The position numbers and the translations under genes were made by a program. Below are positions 50,013 through 62,454 of a stretch of 64,000 nucleotides of DNA, in pieces. The first letter of the stretch is position 1. Every line of letters starts with the position of its first letter. Source of the stretch: Carcharhinus longimanus (lineage: Eukaryota); NCBI GenBank assembly GCA_030264375.1, contig JASCQW010000162.1, positions 27,709,647-27,773,646 on the forward strand. Direction: 5' to 3'. The notes below the pieces were generated by a model. It searched no databases, was not told the origin of the DNA, and was given only the letters and a program-made list of their open reading frames with translations.

Positions 50013-50605
50013 CTATCATACAAGTGAGAAAAAAAATAATTATTATACAGAGCTTGTGCTCTTAGATAATTCTTCTTGGGATCTTTAAGTTATCCATTGT
50101 TGGATTTTCAGGCAGATTTTCCTGTTCTTGCACCTGGCATTGTTGGGCATAGTAAATCAGTCGGGAAGCACACATCTGACAGGGAGTGCTTCTGATTTTT
50201 TTGTCCATTTAAATTAATGGTTGCTAGATCTATGTGGAATTTGTCAGGGATGTGCACGTCTCCCTGCATTGCTGAAATAAATAAACAAGTTGTCGAAGCT
50301 TTGTGTCTTCTACACATCAGGACAGAATCTCAAATGATGACAATAATTTATCCTGCATGATAAAAGAGTTCTGATTATTAGACTCTGACTGATAGAGAGG
50401 TTTCCACGGAGAATGCACGAGGGAACAATAGTCCCCACAAGTGGAATGGGCCTCCAATTAAAGCAGTTAATGCCAGTATCGATTGACACCATTAAAATTA
50501 GATGGATGAATACAAGGAATGGAATGGAGGTTAATGTTATAGAGAAAAGTACAGACAGTCCATTTCTAGTTAAATATTCAAACCTTGATTTGTCTTTCCA
50601 TTTAC

Positions 50606-50684
50606 CTCTGTAAGCTTGCAGTTGTCCTGTCAGTACTTTCCGGATTTCAGAAACCCAAAGATTCTTCAGTTCTACAGATGATGC
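50606..50684 (-). CDS. MCF2L2: Exon for the PH C-terminal helix (ASSVELKNLWVSEIRKVLTGQLQAYR), 79 nt, phase 0-1
   Basis: Acceptor ctaattacag and donor GAG/gtaaat. WVxEIRKVLTxQL motif. Confidence 0.93.
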
Positions 50685-50874
50685 CTGTAATTAGGTGATC
50701 ATTTTCAAATCAGTAGAACATTGCAACATAGAACAAATTACCTAAAAATAGACAAGGTATTCCACCTCCAATAGATGGGATAGGAATCATCTGGGGAGCC
50801 ACTTTCCTGCACCATCCCCCTAGCCACTTCCCTCAAAACGAACAGGGACAGGCTCCCTAATATTGGCGGACATC

Positions 50875-51170
50875 GGGCGGCACAGTGGCACCGTGGTTAG
50901 CACTGCTACCTCACAGCGTTAGGGACCCAGGTTCGATTCCCGGCTTGGGTCACTGTCTGTGTGAAGTTTGCACATTCTCCCCGTGTCTGCGTGGGCTTCC
51001 TCAGGTTTCCTCCCACAATCCAAAGATGTGTGGGTTAGGTGGATTAGCCATGTTAAATTGCCCCTTAGTGTCAGAGGGACTAGCTAGGGTAAATGCATGG
51101 GATTATGGAGAATGGGGCAGACTCAAAGGGCCTTCTGCACTCTAGGATTCTGTGATCCCTATGATCTATG
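50875..51170 (+). mobile_element. HE1/V-SINE-like SINE
   Basis: gggcggcacagtggcaccgtggttagc head; CR1-type tail. Confidence 0.85.
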
Positions 51171-52423
51171 ATCTTCAAATTAGATAACACGTTGCACAGC
51201 TTTTGGATCCTAGCAGTGTTCGGTGCTATAAGACACAGTGTGCGCCTAGTATTCAGATACAATGTTAACTACTGGCCCAGATGAAGGGAGCCAGTACTGT
51301 CTGTTATTTGTGAACATTTAGCATGGGAGCACATTGGAGCCCATGATTAGGACAATAAACAGAAAATGCAGGAAATACTCAGCAGATCAGGAAGCTTCTG
51401 CTGTGAGAAAAACACTCTTCATAGCCAGCATTTTTCAGATGGCAAGGTTTCTTTATCCAGGGTTCCCACTACGAGGATTATCAATTGTGATTGTATGTAC
51501 CTGGATATTTATCACTTAACATATACATAACGTTCCAGCCATTAGTCGGCCTACACATTCATCCTTGTGAACCACTGCCTTCCTACACCAACTGGAAAGC
51601 AAAAAGGCTCAATACCCAATTCAGTGATGCCCGAATATTGCTTTTTAATTTTGTTTTAATAGTTTGATACCTGGGAATTGAATCTTTTTAAATGTCCCAG
51701 TGATGTTTCTCCAGGATTGCACACAGCGTCCTGGAAATTGGTCTTCAATTCCTGGAGACTCCAGGCCAATCCTGGAGGGCTGGCACCGCCAATGATAAAG
51801 TTGGCAGGGAATGTACCCCCACTAATTGTGCCCCCATATATTATAATTTTAACCTCCACGCGAGAGAGACACCCATTGGTCCCTTAAATGTGCAGATCAG
51901 CATCTGATGCTACAACTAAAGTTTGACTGCAATTTTAACCTGAGGCTTGCGCAGAGAAGCAATCGTGGCTTCCTCACCAGGTTAACCTCTGGCAAGAGGA
52001 ACCAGAGCTTGAAAAGTGAACAATCTTAAAAAAAAGCTGTTCCCTGCTGCAGATAGAGCATGAGTGCTCCTCTGAACCTGTAAGTAAGTCTTGGGCCATC
52101 CCTCACCCTTAGTCCCAATGCCCTTATCCACCACCCCTGTGCCGCCAGGACTTACCCGGTAGTTGGGATCCACTCCATGTGCCCCTGGCAGTACTCTCCT
52201 GACACCCGAGATCCCGCTTTCGCCTGTCTGCCAGCTGACACTTCCCATCAGGTTTGATAATAGACCAACAAGGATTTAATCAAAGACTGCCTTGGATGAT
52301 ATGTCAAGCCTCTGGTGTGGATGCCCTCAGCCCCAACTATACAACTCTCTCCAGGAACTAAAATCGGCTGTAAAGTTGATATTTTCAGTAATAAAACTAT
52401 GTCCAATTTTCAGCATTGTTTAC

Positions 52424-52516
52424 CTGAATAATGTACACTTCCTCTCTGCCGTTGTACCAGATTTCAAATTTCTTAATGTCTCCCTTTACATTTTCTGTGA
52501 TACCAACAGCGCTCAT
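52424..52516 (-). CDS. MCF2L2: PH-domain exon (MSAVGITENVKGDIKKFEIWYNGREEVYIIQ), 93 nt
   Basis: Acceptor tgtgctttcag and donor CAG/gtaaac. Conserved AVGITENVKGD-KFEIWY motif. Confidence 0.95.
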
Positions 52517-52577
52517 CTGAAAGCACAGTATTCACATTGTTAGTTACAGAGCTGGTAAATTGTGGTACAATTAACAG

Positions 52578-53372
52578 GCCTGGGACTGAAATCTCTGGGC
52601 CCACTAGCCTCTCCGCTCCTCCCCCTGTCAGGAGTGGTTCACTTCAGCGGGCTTTTACAATGGCTCCCCGCACTTGCGGGGAGTTGGCAGCCCAACACCG
52701 TTGGAGTGAAGGGTCCCCTGGGGATCAGGCACCGGGGTTACCCCTGGGCACTGCCAGCGTGGCAATGCCAGCCTGGCCCTCTAGCACTGCCCAAGGAGTA
52801 AAGTGCCGATGCCCATTGGGCATGGGGCAGGACCTAAAAGGAGAGAGGGTCTGATGGGGAGATGGGTCCTCTGAGGGGGGAGATCAGTGGGGGAGGAGGG
52901 GGGNNNNNNNNNNNNNNNNNNNNNNNNCTGCCACTCTGCAGTCGAGACTGGTGGGGGAGGGAGGGAGGCCAGTGATTGGGCATGTTCGAGGGAACCAGCA
53001 CTCAGGCCTTTGGTTGGGAGGGGGCTGTCACACGGCCGATGATGCGTGGCTCACAGGGCTGACCAGCGATCGAGCTGGCCTGCAATCGGGAGGCCGGCAG
53101 ACAGAAAACCACTGCGCGTATGCTGATCTCAGTGCTGATTTTGATTTGATTTGATTTATTATTGTCACATGTATTAATACATACAGTCGTGCTGATACTG
53201 CCAACCTCTCCAGGGGAATTGGCCTGGTTTCTGGAGTGAATCACACTAGTGCACTCTACAGTGCACAGAGTGTGGGTGATTCATTTTAATACTCCTGCTG
53301 GAAAAAGACAGCGGCATTTACTCCAGCTTTTACGCAAATTCGACACTTAGAATTTTTTTACGAGAATCCTAC
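52578..53372. mobile_element. Non-autonomous Harbinger-like element (family of 11503-12609) with a small inserted LINE tail at about 53140-53185
   Basis: Shared right end ttttacgcaaattcgacacttagaattttttt. Confidence 0.55.
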
Positions 53373-53559
53373 CCCAGTTTCTTTTATAACAGCTTACACT
53401 TAAAACCTTTAATAAAGGACAAGATGTTAAGTTGAGGTCCTGTCTGCTGTCTCAGATGGATATAGAAGACTGGATGACACTGTCTTAATGAAGAGCAGAA
53501 TGAAGTTATTCCTGGTGTCCTGGCCAATATTTATTTCTGATTCAGCTGCTTTTTAAACT

Positions 53560-54357
53560 ATATTTGTTGACAGGATTTGGGTTTTGCTGGCTAAGCCAAT
53601 GTTAATTACCCATTCCTAACTGCTTTTGAGTGATGGTGGTGAACCACCACAATCCATCTGATGTAGATACACCCATCGTGCTGTGAGGGAAAGTGTTTCA
53701 GGCTTTTGACCCAGCAAATGTGAAGGAACAGTGAGATAGTTCCAAGTCAGGATTGTGTGTGGAGGGGAGATGGCTTGCGGTGGTGTTACCATGCATCTGT
53801 TGCCTTTGTCTTTCTAGGTGGTAGAGGTCATGGGTTTGGAAGCTGTTGTTGAAGGAGATTTGGTCAGCTGCTGCAGTGCATCTTGTAAATAGTACACACT
53901 GTCGCCCACTGTGCGCTGACAGTGGAAGGCATGAATGTTTAATGTGGTAGAAAGGGTGCCAATCAAGTGGCTGCTTTGTCCTGGATGGAGCTTCTTGAGT
54001 GTTGTTGGAACTATATTCACCCTGGCAAGTGGAGAGTATTCCATCACACTCCTTGTAGACTGTGGACAGGCTTTAGGGAGTCTGATGTTGAGCTACTCAC
54101 TGCTGAGTCCCTAAACCTACTGATCTGCCCTTATAGCCATAGTATTCATATGGCTGATCCAGTTCAGTTTCTGGTCAACAGTAATCCCCAAATGTTGGTG
54201 TTTGTGGCTTCAGCCTTGGTCAATGAATATCAAGTGGAGATGGTTAGATTCTCTCTTGTTGGAGACAGTAATTGCCTGGCACTTAATGCGAATGTTACTT
54301 GCCACTATCAGCCCAAGCCTGAATATTGTCCAGATCTTGCTGCATATGGACATTGAC
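53560..54357 (-). mobile_element. CR1/L2-clade LINE 3' portion
   Basis: MMEYSPLA..VPTTLKKL relic, same family as 13180-13660. Confidence 0.7.
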
Positions 54358-54567
54358 AGCTTCACCATTAAACAGATATCTAGTCATTACCTCATTAGTG
54401 TTTGTGAAAGCTGGGCACAAATTGGCTGCTGTGTTTCTTTCATTACATTAGCAACTACCCTTCACAAGTACTTCATTGGTTGTAACAAACTTTTGAGACA
54501 AGTTGACGATTTGAAAGCAGTTATAGCAGAAAATCTTTCTTTTTATACTGCTGATGGCATTACGGAC

Positions 54568-54789
54568 CTTCAATGAATGCTTAAAGCTGTATGAGGGAGA
54601 TTTCTCATGTCCATCCGCATTTTCCTCTCGTTTCTTGCAGAGTAGCAACAATTTTGTGTAAAGGAAAAGGTGCCTTTGCATTGGCTTGAACCGTTCCAAG
54701 TCTTTGACCTTGCTGTGAACCTTCTTATGATCTGTCCACACATTGAAAGATCCTTGCATCAAGAGCTTCCCAAGGTCGTTTAGGTTTCC
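54568..54789 (-). CDS. MCF2L2: PH-domain exon (GNLNDLGKLLMQGSFNVWTDHKK...RFKPMQRHLFLY...SYSFKHSLK), 222 nt
   Basis: Acceptor ttttacag and donor AAG/gtccgt. Lies within ORF 54448..54816 and shows DBS-type PH motifs. Confidence 0.95.
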
Positions 54790-55200
54790 CTGTAAAAGTA
54801 ATACATTTCCAAACATTAAACAAAATTAATTCACCACCAACCAGGGTTGCAATATAACCTGAAGTATTCTATTGTATTAGGGCCAAATTAAAATCAGCAT
54901 TTTTCTAGAGAAGCTACTGATCAAAATTCTTGCCTGATTGGCAGTGCAAACGGATAGAACATTTACTATGAAGTTCAAAACAGGAAATGCTGGAAACACT
55001 TAGGAGGGCCTGACAATATCTATAGACCTGCTAAGTACTTGCAGTATTACCTGTTTTTATTTCAGATTCTCAGCATCTGTCACAGTGTTAACTTCTCAGC
55101 TTCATAAATAAAATTGAAGCAATATCACAATGGAACTATTGTTATAAGTCACAATTAATTTCAGAAACAGAGTAGATTAGATATCACATTGTGCTCTTAC

Positions 55201-55326
55201 CTCAAACCCAGTGATAGCAATTTGGTGCATGGAGTCATTCACTGATTTAATTATACTGATCATTGTCTCCAGTGCTTCCTCTAACTCTGCAGTGCCTTCC
55301 GAGTTTTTACTGCACTTTAGCATCTC
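55201..55326 (-). CDS. MCF2L2: Exon for the DH C-terminal helix and DH-PH linker (EMLKCSKNSEGTAELEEALETMISIIKSVNDSMHQIAITGFE), 126 nt
   Basis: Acceptor ttattcctactag and donor GAG/gtaaga. Carries the VNDSMHxIAITG signature of MCF2/MCF2L/MCF2L2. Confidence 0.95.
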
Positions 55327-56380
55327 CTAGTAGGAATAATCACTTTATTGTTAATAGGCAGTCATAATGTGTCATCTATCTAGAAATTATCTTATGGGGA
55401 CAATTTCCGTATTCATGCAATAAACAGAGCAGAATGTGTGTGGTAGGTGCCTGGAGAATTCAAAGAGCAACCTATATATTTTTCACGATTAACCCACATT
55501 ATCATGTAGTCAGTGAGGTGCCAACACAAAATACACTCTGGTTAGACAGCTTGTCAAAGCAGAGGCAGGAAATCAGGTGTTGCAGGCGTTGGTCAGAGGT
55601 TTGCAGCAGCAATTTCGATGCTGGTGAATATTTCATTCCGACAGAGGGAAATAAAACCATAGAATCAGAGGAAATGTGAATGCAGAATCTACAGCAGAAA
55701 CTACAAGTGTTTATGGTGAAAACCCACAAGCAACTGACAAGAAAAATGTCTTCAAAATTTCCTTCCAGTGTTACCTGACGATAGCTGGGGATTAGTTTAA
55801 GTATCGCTGCTCCCCAAGTTGAACTAGCCACGGTTGGTGAAATGGTTCAGGAGCGAGAAGTAGGCACAGATGAAGATGGCATCAGAGATACGAAGTGTCT
55901 TGATGCCTATTTGCACAGATGAATGACACTCACATCTCTCTTTGACAGCAGCACGTGCTAACTGCTAGATTCAAATCCAATCGAGACATCTCGATCACGG
56001 TTGTTCCATTTTCATGGTGCTACCACCCATTTTTCGGTGTAAACAGAGTTGGAGAGTGATTTTTAAAAATCCATTCTGCCTTTTCAAATCTTTACTCAGT
56101 GATTTTCCTTACTTGCTTGTGTTCACCAATAACTCAACCCGTTCACAATGTCACCCCTTCCACACTCCTCAAATCACCATCATTCATCTTTATCCAAATG
56201 ATCAAAGAATCTAACAGGTCCGGAACAGCGTTGCATTAAACAGGCAGCTGCTGCTGCTTGAGCTTTTGGTGAAGATTTGCAGCAACATGATGGGCTGGAA
56301 GGAAACCTGGCTGACGGTTTTGAAACCTTCCCTCCAGCTGAATCCTTCCCACCTAGCTATATCTTCAATAGCCTGCATAA

Positions 56381-56647
56381 GCACGGCACCGTGGTCAGCA
56401 CTGCTGCTTCACAGTGCCAGGGACCTGGGTTCGATTCCTGGCTTGGGTTATTGTCTGTGTGGAGTTTGCACGTTCTCCCCGTGCCTGTGTGGGTTTCCTC
56501 TGGCTGCTCTGGTTTCCTCCCACATTCTGAAAGACATGCTGGTTGGGTGTATTGAACTGAACAGGTGCCCGAGTGTGGCAACCAGGGAAATTTCACAATA
56601 ACTTCAGTGCCATATTAATACAAGCCTTACTTGGGACTAATAAATAG
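56381..56647 (+). mobile_element. HE1/V-SINE-like SINE
   Basis: Consensus head and body. Confidence 0.8.
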
Positions 56648-56882
56648 ACATCACTTATCTTTCATCATCTGTTTTGCCCAATTCATCATAGTATTGGTGT
56701 GGCTCTTATAACTAAATTACGCCTTCATCTGTCTCCTTAACGCTTTGATATTTTCTCCTCCTTTAAGCATCTCATCTCATTCTATCCCATTTGCTTCTCA
56801 TTTGTTCTCTACTGCCCACCCTAGTTCTATGCCAATTTTCATACCAAACTCATTTCTTTCATCCCTCAGCTTATGACTTCTC

Positions 56883-57135
56883 ATAAGAACATAAGAACAT
56901 AAGAAATAGGAGCAGGAGTAGGCCATCTGGCCCCTCGAGCCTGCCCCGCCATTCAATNNNNNNNNNNNNNNNNNNNNNNNNNNNNNNNNNNNNNNNNNNN
57001 NNNNNNNNNNNNNNNNNNNNNNNNNNNNNNNNNNNNNNNNNNNNNNNNNNNNNNNNNCAGCTGCGGCCTCACCAATGCCCTATACAGCTGCAGCAAGACC
57101 TCCCTACTTTTATATTCAATCCCCCTCGCTATCAT
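56883..57135 (-). mobile_element. Young CR1 fragment spanning a gap
   Basis: (ataagaac)n tail; IARGIEYKSREVLLQLYRALVRPQL. Confidence 0.8.
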
Positions 57136-57182
57136 CCTCAATGATTTAAATCTCCACCTTTTCACGTTTATTTTTCTCTGAA

Positions 57183-57360
57183 TGGCATGGTGGCACACTG
57201 CTTAGTGCTGCTGCCTCACAGTGCCAGGGACCTGGGTTCGATTCCAGGCTTGGGTCACTGTCTGTGTGGAGTTTGCATGTTCTCCCCGTGTCTGTGTGGG
57301 TTTCCTCCGGGTGCTGCAGTTTCCTCCCACATTCTGAAAGACATGCTGGTTATGTGCATT
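57183..57360 (+). mobile_element. HE1/V-SINE-like SINE, 3' truncated
   Basis: Consensus head. Confidence 0.8.
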
Positions 57361-57892
57361 GATGTGAACACTCTGCGTCACCCTGCTCATTGCCTCTGGT
57401 ACAGCCCCCATCTCTGCTCCATTAAATCCAAGGCAGGCAATTTCAAATGGATAAAGTGAATACCAGTTTGGTCAATTGGTGCTGGATCTGGCTGTACCAC
57501 AAGGAACACTATTGGATCCTGCTCTTGTGGGAGGAGTGCTGCAGAATCAGTTCAGATTGCAAATTAACTCCCCATGTACTTTTTCTACTGCCAACTATTT
57601 TGTTCAGTCCTTCTACTCTGTCTCCTCCATCCCTCATTACTTGTGAGGAGCTCATGAATTTCTTGTCACTAAGACTGAAAATATTTAATTAGATGCTTCT
57701 GCCACCGACCCTTGTTCCCCTTGAAAAAATCAACTTTTCTTTCTCTCCAAAATCCTTGAATACATTTTTGCCTTTCAAATCCATGCCTACGTTTCTCAAA
57801 ACTCCATGCTTGATTCCCCCCTGTCAGGGTTTCATTCTCCCACAGTACTGAAACAGTTCTTGGATAGATAGCTAGATAGTCAACATCTTTTC

Positions 57893-58495
57893 GGTAGACA
57901 GAGGGGAACCGGTGGATGTGGTGTTTTTAGATTTCCGAAAGGCATTTGATAAGGTGCCTCACAAAAGGTTGCTGCAAAAGGTTAGGGTGCACAGAGTTGG
58001 GGGTAAGGTGTTAGCNNNNNNNNNNNNNNNNNNNNNNNNNNNNNNNNNNNNNNNNNNNNNNNNNNNNNNNNNNNNNNNNNNNNNNNNNNNNNNNNNNNNN
58101 NNNNNNNNNNNNNNNCATGATCTTATTGAATGGCAGGGCAGGCTCAAAGGGCTAGATGGCCTACTCCTGCTCCTATTTCTTATGTTCTTACGTTTTCCCA
58201 AAGGTAGGGGAGTCTAAAACTAGAGGCCATAGGTTTATGGTGAGAGGGGAGAGATACAAAAGGGTTCGGAGGGGCAATTTTTTCACGCAGAGGGTAGTGA
58301 ATGTCTGGAACAAGCTGCCAGAGATAGTAATAGAGGCGGGTACGATTTTGTATTTTAAAAAACATTTAAACAGTTACATGGGTAGATGGGTATAGAGGGA
58401 TATGGGCCAAATGCGAGCAATTAGGACTGGCTAAAAAAATTGGTGGTGTGGACAAGTTGGGCCGAAGGGCTTGTTTCCATGCTATAACCCTCTAT
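57893..58495 (+). mobile_element. Two tandem CR1 pieces
   Basis: VDVVFLDFRKAFDKVPHKRLL; FPKVGESKTRGHRFMVRGERYK...FFTQRVVNVWN. Confidence 0.85.
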
Positions 58496-58605
58496 GGCCA
58501 GAATTTTACAGGCAGGCCCGCCCACGTCTCATAAGTTCATGAATGCTGTTCTGCAAGCCCCGCCCACCCTGATTTCAGAGCAGGCGTGCCAGTAAAATCA
58601 GGGCC
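58496..58605. mobile_element. 110-bp Harbinger-type MITE with TAT target-site duplication
   Basis: TIRs ggccagaattttac and gtaaaatcagggcc, flanked by tat on both sides inside a CR1 ctctatgactctat tail. Confidence 0.7.
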
Positions 58606-58787
58606 TATGACTCTATTATCAAAATCACAATTGGAATCCAATGTGACTGTGATAAAGGTAAATTATCCACCTTCTTCCTTCTCAATCTATTTGCTGCCTT
58701 TGACATGGTTGACTATATTATTTTCCTGTTTCTTTTTTTATCTATTAAATAGTAGCCAAAGAAACATCTACAATGGCTTCTCATGGA

Positions 58788-58967
58788 ATAATAGAAACCC
58801 TACAGTACAGAAAGAGGTCATTCAGCCCACCAAGTCTGCACTGAACACATTCCCACGCAGGTCCTACCCCCATATCCCTACATATTTTACCCACTAATCC
58901 CTCTAACCTACACATCTCAGGACACTAAGGGCAATTTTAGCATGGCCAATCAATCTAACCCGCACAT
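58788..58967 (-). mobile_element. HE1-like SINE 3' part running into a gap
   Basis: atagaaaccctacagtacagaa tail and gggcaattttagcatggccaat body. Confidence 0.7.
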
Positions 58968-59455
58968 NNNNNNNNNNNNNNNNNNNNNNNNNNNNNNNNN
59001 NNNNNNNNNNNNNNNNNNNNNNNNNNNNNNNNNNNNNNNNNNNNNNNNNNNNNNNNNNNNNNNNNNNNNNNNNNNNNNNNNNNNNNNNNNNNNNNNNNNN
59101 NNNNNNNNNNNNNNNNNNNNNNNNNNNNNNNNNNNNNNNNNNNNNNNNNNNNNNNNNNNNNNNNNNNNNNNNNNNNNNNNNNNNNNNNNNNNNNNNNNNN
59201 NNNNNNNNNNNNNNNNNNNNNNNNNNNNNNNNNNNNNNNNNNNNNNNNNNNNNNNNNNNNNNNNNNNNNNNNNNNNNNNNNNNNNNNNNNNNNNNNNNNN
59301 NNNNNNNNNNNNNNNNNNNNNNNNNNNNNNNNNNNNNNNNNNNNNNNNNNNNNNNNNNNNNNNNNNNNNNNNNNNNNNNNNNNNNNNNNNNNNNNNNNNN
59401 NNNNNNNNNNNNNNNNNNNNNNNNNNNNNNNNNNNNNTGTCACAGGCTGACCCAG

Positions 59456-59531
59456 CTACATATAGAACTATATAAAGGCTACAAAGAGTCTGACCCAGAC
59501 TCTTTGTTGCCTTATGTAGTTCTATATGTAG
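59456..59531. repeat. Imperfect inverted repeat with arms of about 37 bp (hairpin)
   Basis: ctacatatagaactatataaaggctacaaagagtctg-acc-cagactctttgttgccttatgtagttctatatgtag. Confidence 0.8.
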
Positions 59532-60211
59532 TTACAAAAAGAGCTTCTGACCACAGATCATTTCCATTACTAAGATCGTCTATTTATACTTCTATAACTT
59601 CACACTATTCAATTCTTATATACTCCGCTACTAAGAGCCTCATCGGATGCGATTATTCTAACATAGTTCCTTATTAGTCTCCAATGTTCTACCCTCTGTA
59701 AACTTGATGTGATCCAAGACTCTGCAGCCTGTGTACCAACTTACAACAAATCCTGATTGCTCATCATCCCTCTGCTTGCCGTGTGTTTAAAGGGCCATTC
59801 TTGTTTTCAAATCTCTCATTGGCCTTACACCTCTTTATCTCTACAATTCCCTCCAATCTCACAATCTTTTGAAAGATTGTGCCTCTATAATTCTGGCCTC
59901 TTTGTCATTCCAATGATAACTGCATCACAATTGACTGATAAGACCTAAGCACTGGAATGTCCACCCTAAACTTCTCTGCCTTTCCACCTCGCTTTTTGCC
60001 TTTAAGAAGGCCATTAAAACCTACCTCTTTGACCAAGCTTACGTACAAATTTTTATCAAATTTGTACATAAGCCATTCATTATGATTTCTATCAAAATCA
60101 GAGTCATGGTGCCTGTTGTATTAAAACACTCTAAAAAGTAGTGCAATGTCTTTTGCCTCTGTTAATCTTCAGCCATTGAAACCACAAATCTTTGCCAAGA
60201 ATCCTGATTAC

Positions 60212-60304
60212 CTTTAGGAGGAGTTGATATTTTGTAATCCTTTGGACAGGCTTCAACAAATAAGCATCCAATGATAGTTTATGATCCAGTTTTCGTTGGC
60301 ACTC
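60212..60304 (-). CDS. MCF2L2: DH-domain exon (ECQRKLDHKLSLDAYLLKPVQRITKYQLLLK), 93 nt, phase 0-0
   Basis: Acceptor tttgtttttcag and donor AAG/gtaatc. Contains the canonical DH CR3 motif LLKPVQRITKYQLLL. Confidence 0.95.
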
Positions 60305-62002
60305 CTGAAAAACAAACAAAAAATAAATAAAGCTTTGGAACTTAGCAACCATTAAGGAAATGCTATTGTATTAAATAGTGTCCCAGCTCTTTCACATGCA
60401 CAGACATGGCAAACAACAACATATACAGAGCAAGAGCCATATGGAACTAGAAACACAACTTAGAGAAGCAATATGCAAACAGAATGGAAAGAGGTTTAAA
60501 AGTTCAAGCTACCAAGACTTTGGTAACTATGAGAAGTTCCTATGAGACTTAGTCCTTGAGATAATGGTGAAAAGTATCGGGAGATTGCATGTAATAGGTA
60601 GTTTTTGATGGAAGGAGGAATCTGGAATTATCCTTTTCTTATGAGAAATGAATGGTAGCATTTTGTAATGGGCTAGTAATCCAGAGGTCCAGACTAATAA
60701 TAATCCAGAGAAAATGATCCATATCCCACTATGATAGCTGCAGGATTTAAATATAGTTAATTAAATAAATATGGAATAAAAAGTATCAGTATTGGTTGCC
60801 AGACTTCCCTAAAAACTCATCTGGTCATTAATGTCCTTTATGATCAGCATTTAATCATGTTAATGTTTATTTTTGTAACCACTATAACCACTATGGGTGG
60901 GGTTTTACAGTTTCCCCCGCCCCAAGACAGGAGATTCCTGTCCCAAGGTTAACAGACCTTCAATGCGATGATCCCATGGTGGGTGGGACTGGAAAATCTA
61001 CCCACATGTATCTGATTTAACATTGGAATCTCTGGGATCTTGGGATCTTAGAGATCTGATGTCAATTAGCTAACATGAAAGCATAGAAAATAAGAGCAGG
61101 TATAGGCCATTTGGCTTTTCGAGCCATTCAATGCAATCGTAATGGATCCTCTACCTCAATGCCATATTCCCGTTGTATGCATTTTAAATTATCCATGTCT
61201 ATACAATACCATAATAGATCTTCCTATCAACAGCAATGCTGGATGCATTGTCACTACCCAGGATGATTTTCTCAACCCAATAATACTGCCCATTTCTTCT
61301 GGAATCTTCCGATTCCATTGGTCACAGAACTGGGCAGCACAGTGCCTCCTGTCTAAGTCCAGCAAGTGTTGTAGAATCAGGGTATGGGGAGACACACCAC
61401 CTTTTTATAGCACGAGCTGCCACATTCAGGTAACTTTTTAGGCGTCCAATTCTTTTCATGAACGAGTGCAGCTTAGTGAAAGGATGATTGAATGGGGTGA
61501 GTGGATGAATGAGTGAGTAAATGGATGGTAATAGTTGGGTGAGGTTGGTCGGTGGTAGGTTGTGAGATGAGTGAGGGGTTGAAAGGTAGGTATGGCAGTG
61601 GGTGAAACAGGTATGTGGGTAGAGGGTGATATATAAGATTGGGTAGCCAAAACCTGGGCACAGAAATGATTTTAGGATTGGCTCTTAAATGAAGAGAGGT
61701 GATGAAAAGGCAGAGGAGTTTAGGAAGGAGATTCTAGAGCTTTATTTGAGTGCTATTGACAAAGGCAATTGGGAGTGCACAAGAGACCAGAAGAGTTCTG
61801 GAAGTATTATAGAACTGGAAAATGTCAAGGGTTGAGGCAGCAATCACTGACATAGTGGAAACAGTGGACAACATTGCAGAGCCAGCAGAATGGCTGCCAA
61901 GTTCTTTTTGCTGGGGTTGCTGTTGTGCTTTTCAATGTGCCATATACTACATGAACACTACCAAACAGCAACACTATCCTGAGAATGATATAGAATTTGT
62001 AC

Positions 62003-62095
62003 CTGAAAGAATTGGCAGTCTCCACATTGTCTCCAGAGAGCTTCTGAACGAGGTTTGTTTTGACAATACTTTTCATAAATCTGTAAATCCTCTTT
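62003..62095 (-). CDS. MCF2L2: MCF2L2/DBS-family RhoGEF, DH-domain exon (KEDLQIYEKYCQNKPRSEALWRQCGDCQFFQ), 93 nt, phase 0-0
   Basis: Acceptor ttttttctacag and donor CAG/gtacaa. The peptide matches the Dbl/DBS DH segment FQIYEKYCQNKPRSESLWRQC. This exon is not in frame with the listed ORFs. Confidence 0.92.
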
Positions 62096-62224
62096 CTGTA
62101 GAAAAAAAGATAGAAACCTTCTTGATCATAAAAATGTCTGAAAGATGGATGGAATTGAAAAAGCAATGTAATTAGCTTTACTTGAATAATTAGTGGTATA
62201 CAATGATTGTATACAGATATGAAG

Positions 62225-62409
62225 AGTGGGATTTTCTGTCACTTCCTGATAGTGGGATCTTCCAGTCCTGCTGAAGGTGACCCCACGCCAAGTTCTCTAG
62301 TGGCAGGGCAGGCGAGGCACACCACAGACTTGAGTGGACTGGAAAATCCTGCCAGTAGTCAATCGTCTGCAGGAGAACCTGCCGTGGAGAAGCCAGAAAA
62401 CCCCAGCCT
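62225..62409. mobile_element. Short MITE
   Basis: gggattttctg ... cagaaaacccc termini, with internal ttccagtcc/ggactggaa inverted pair. Confidence 0.5.
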
Positions 62410-62454
62410 AAGATTAGTATAGGTACATTTGTTTCCAGTTGATGCTGGACTTCA

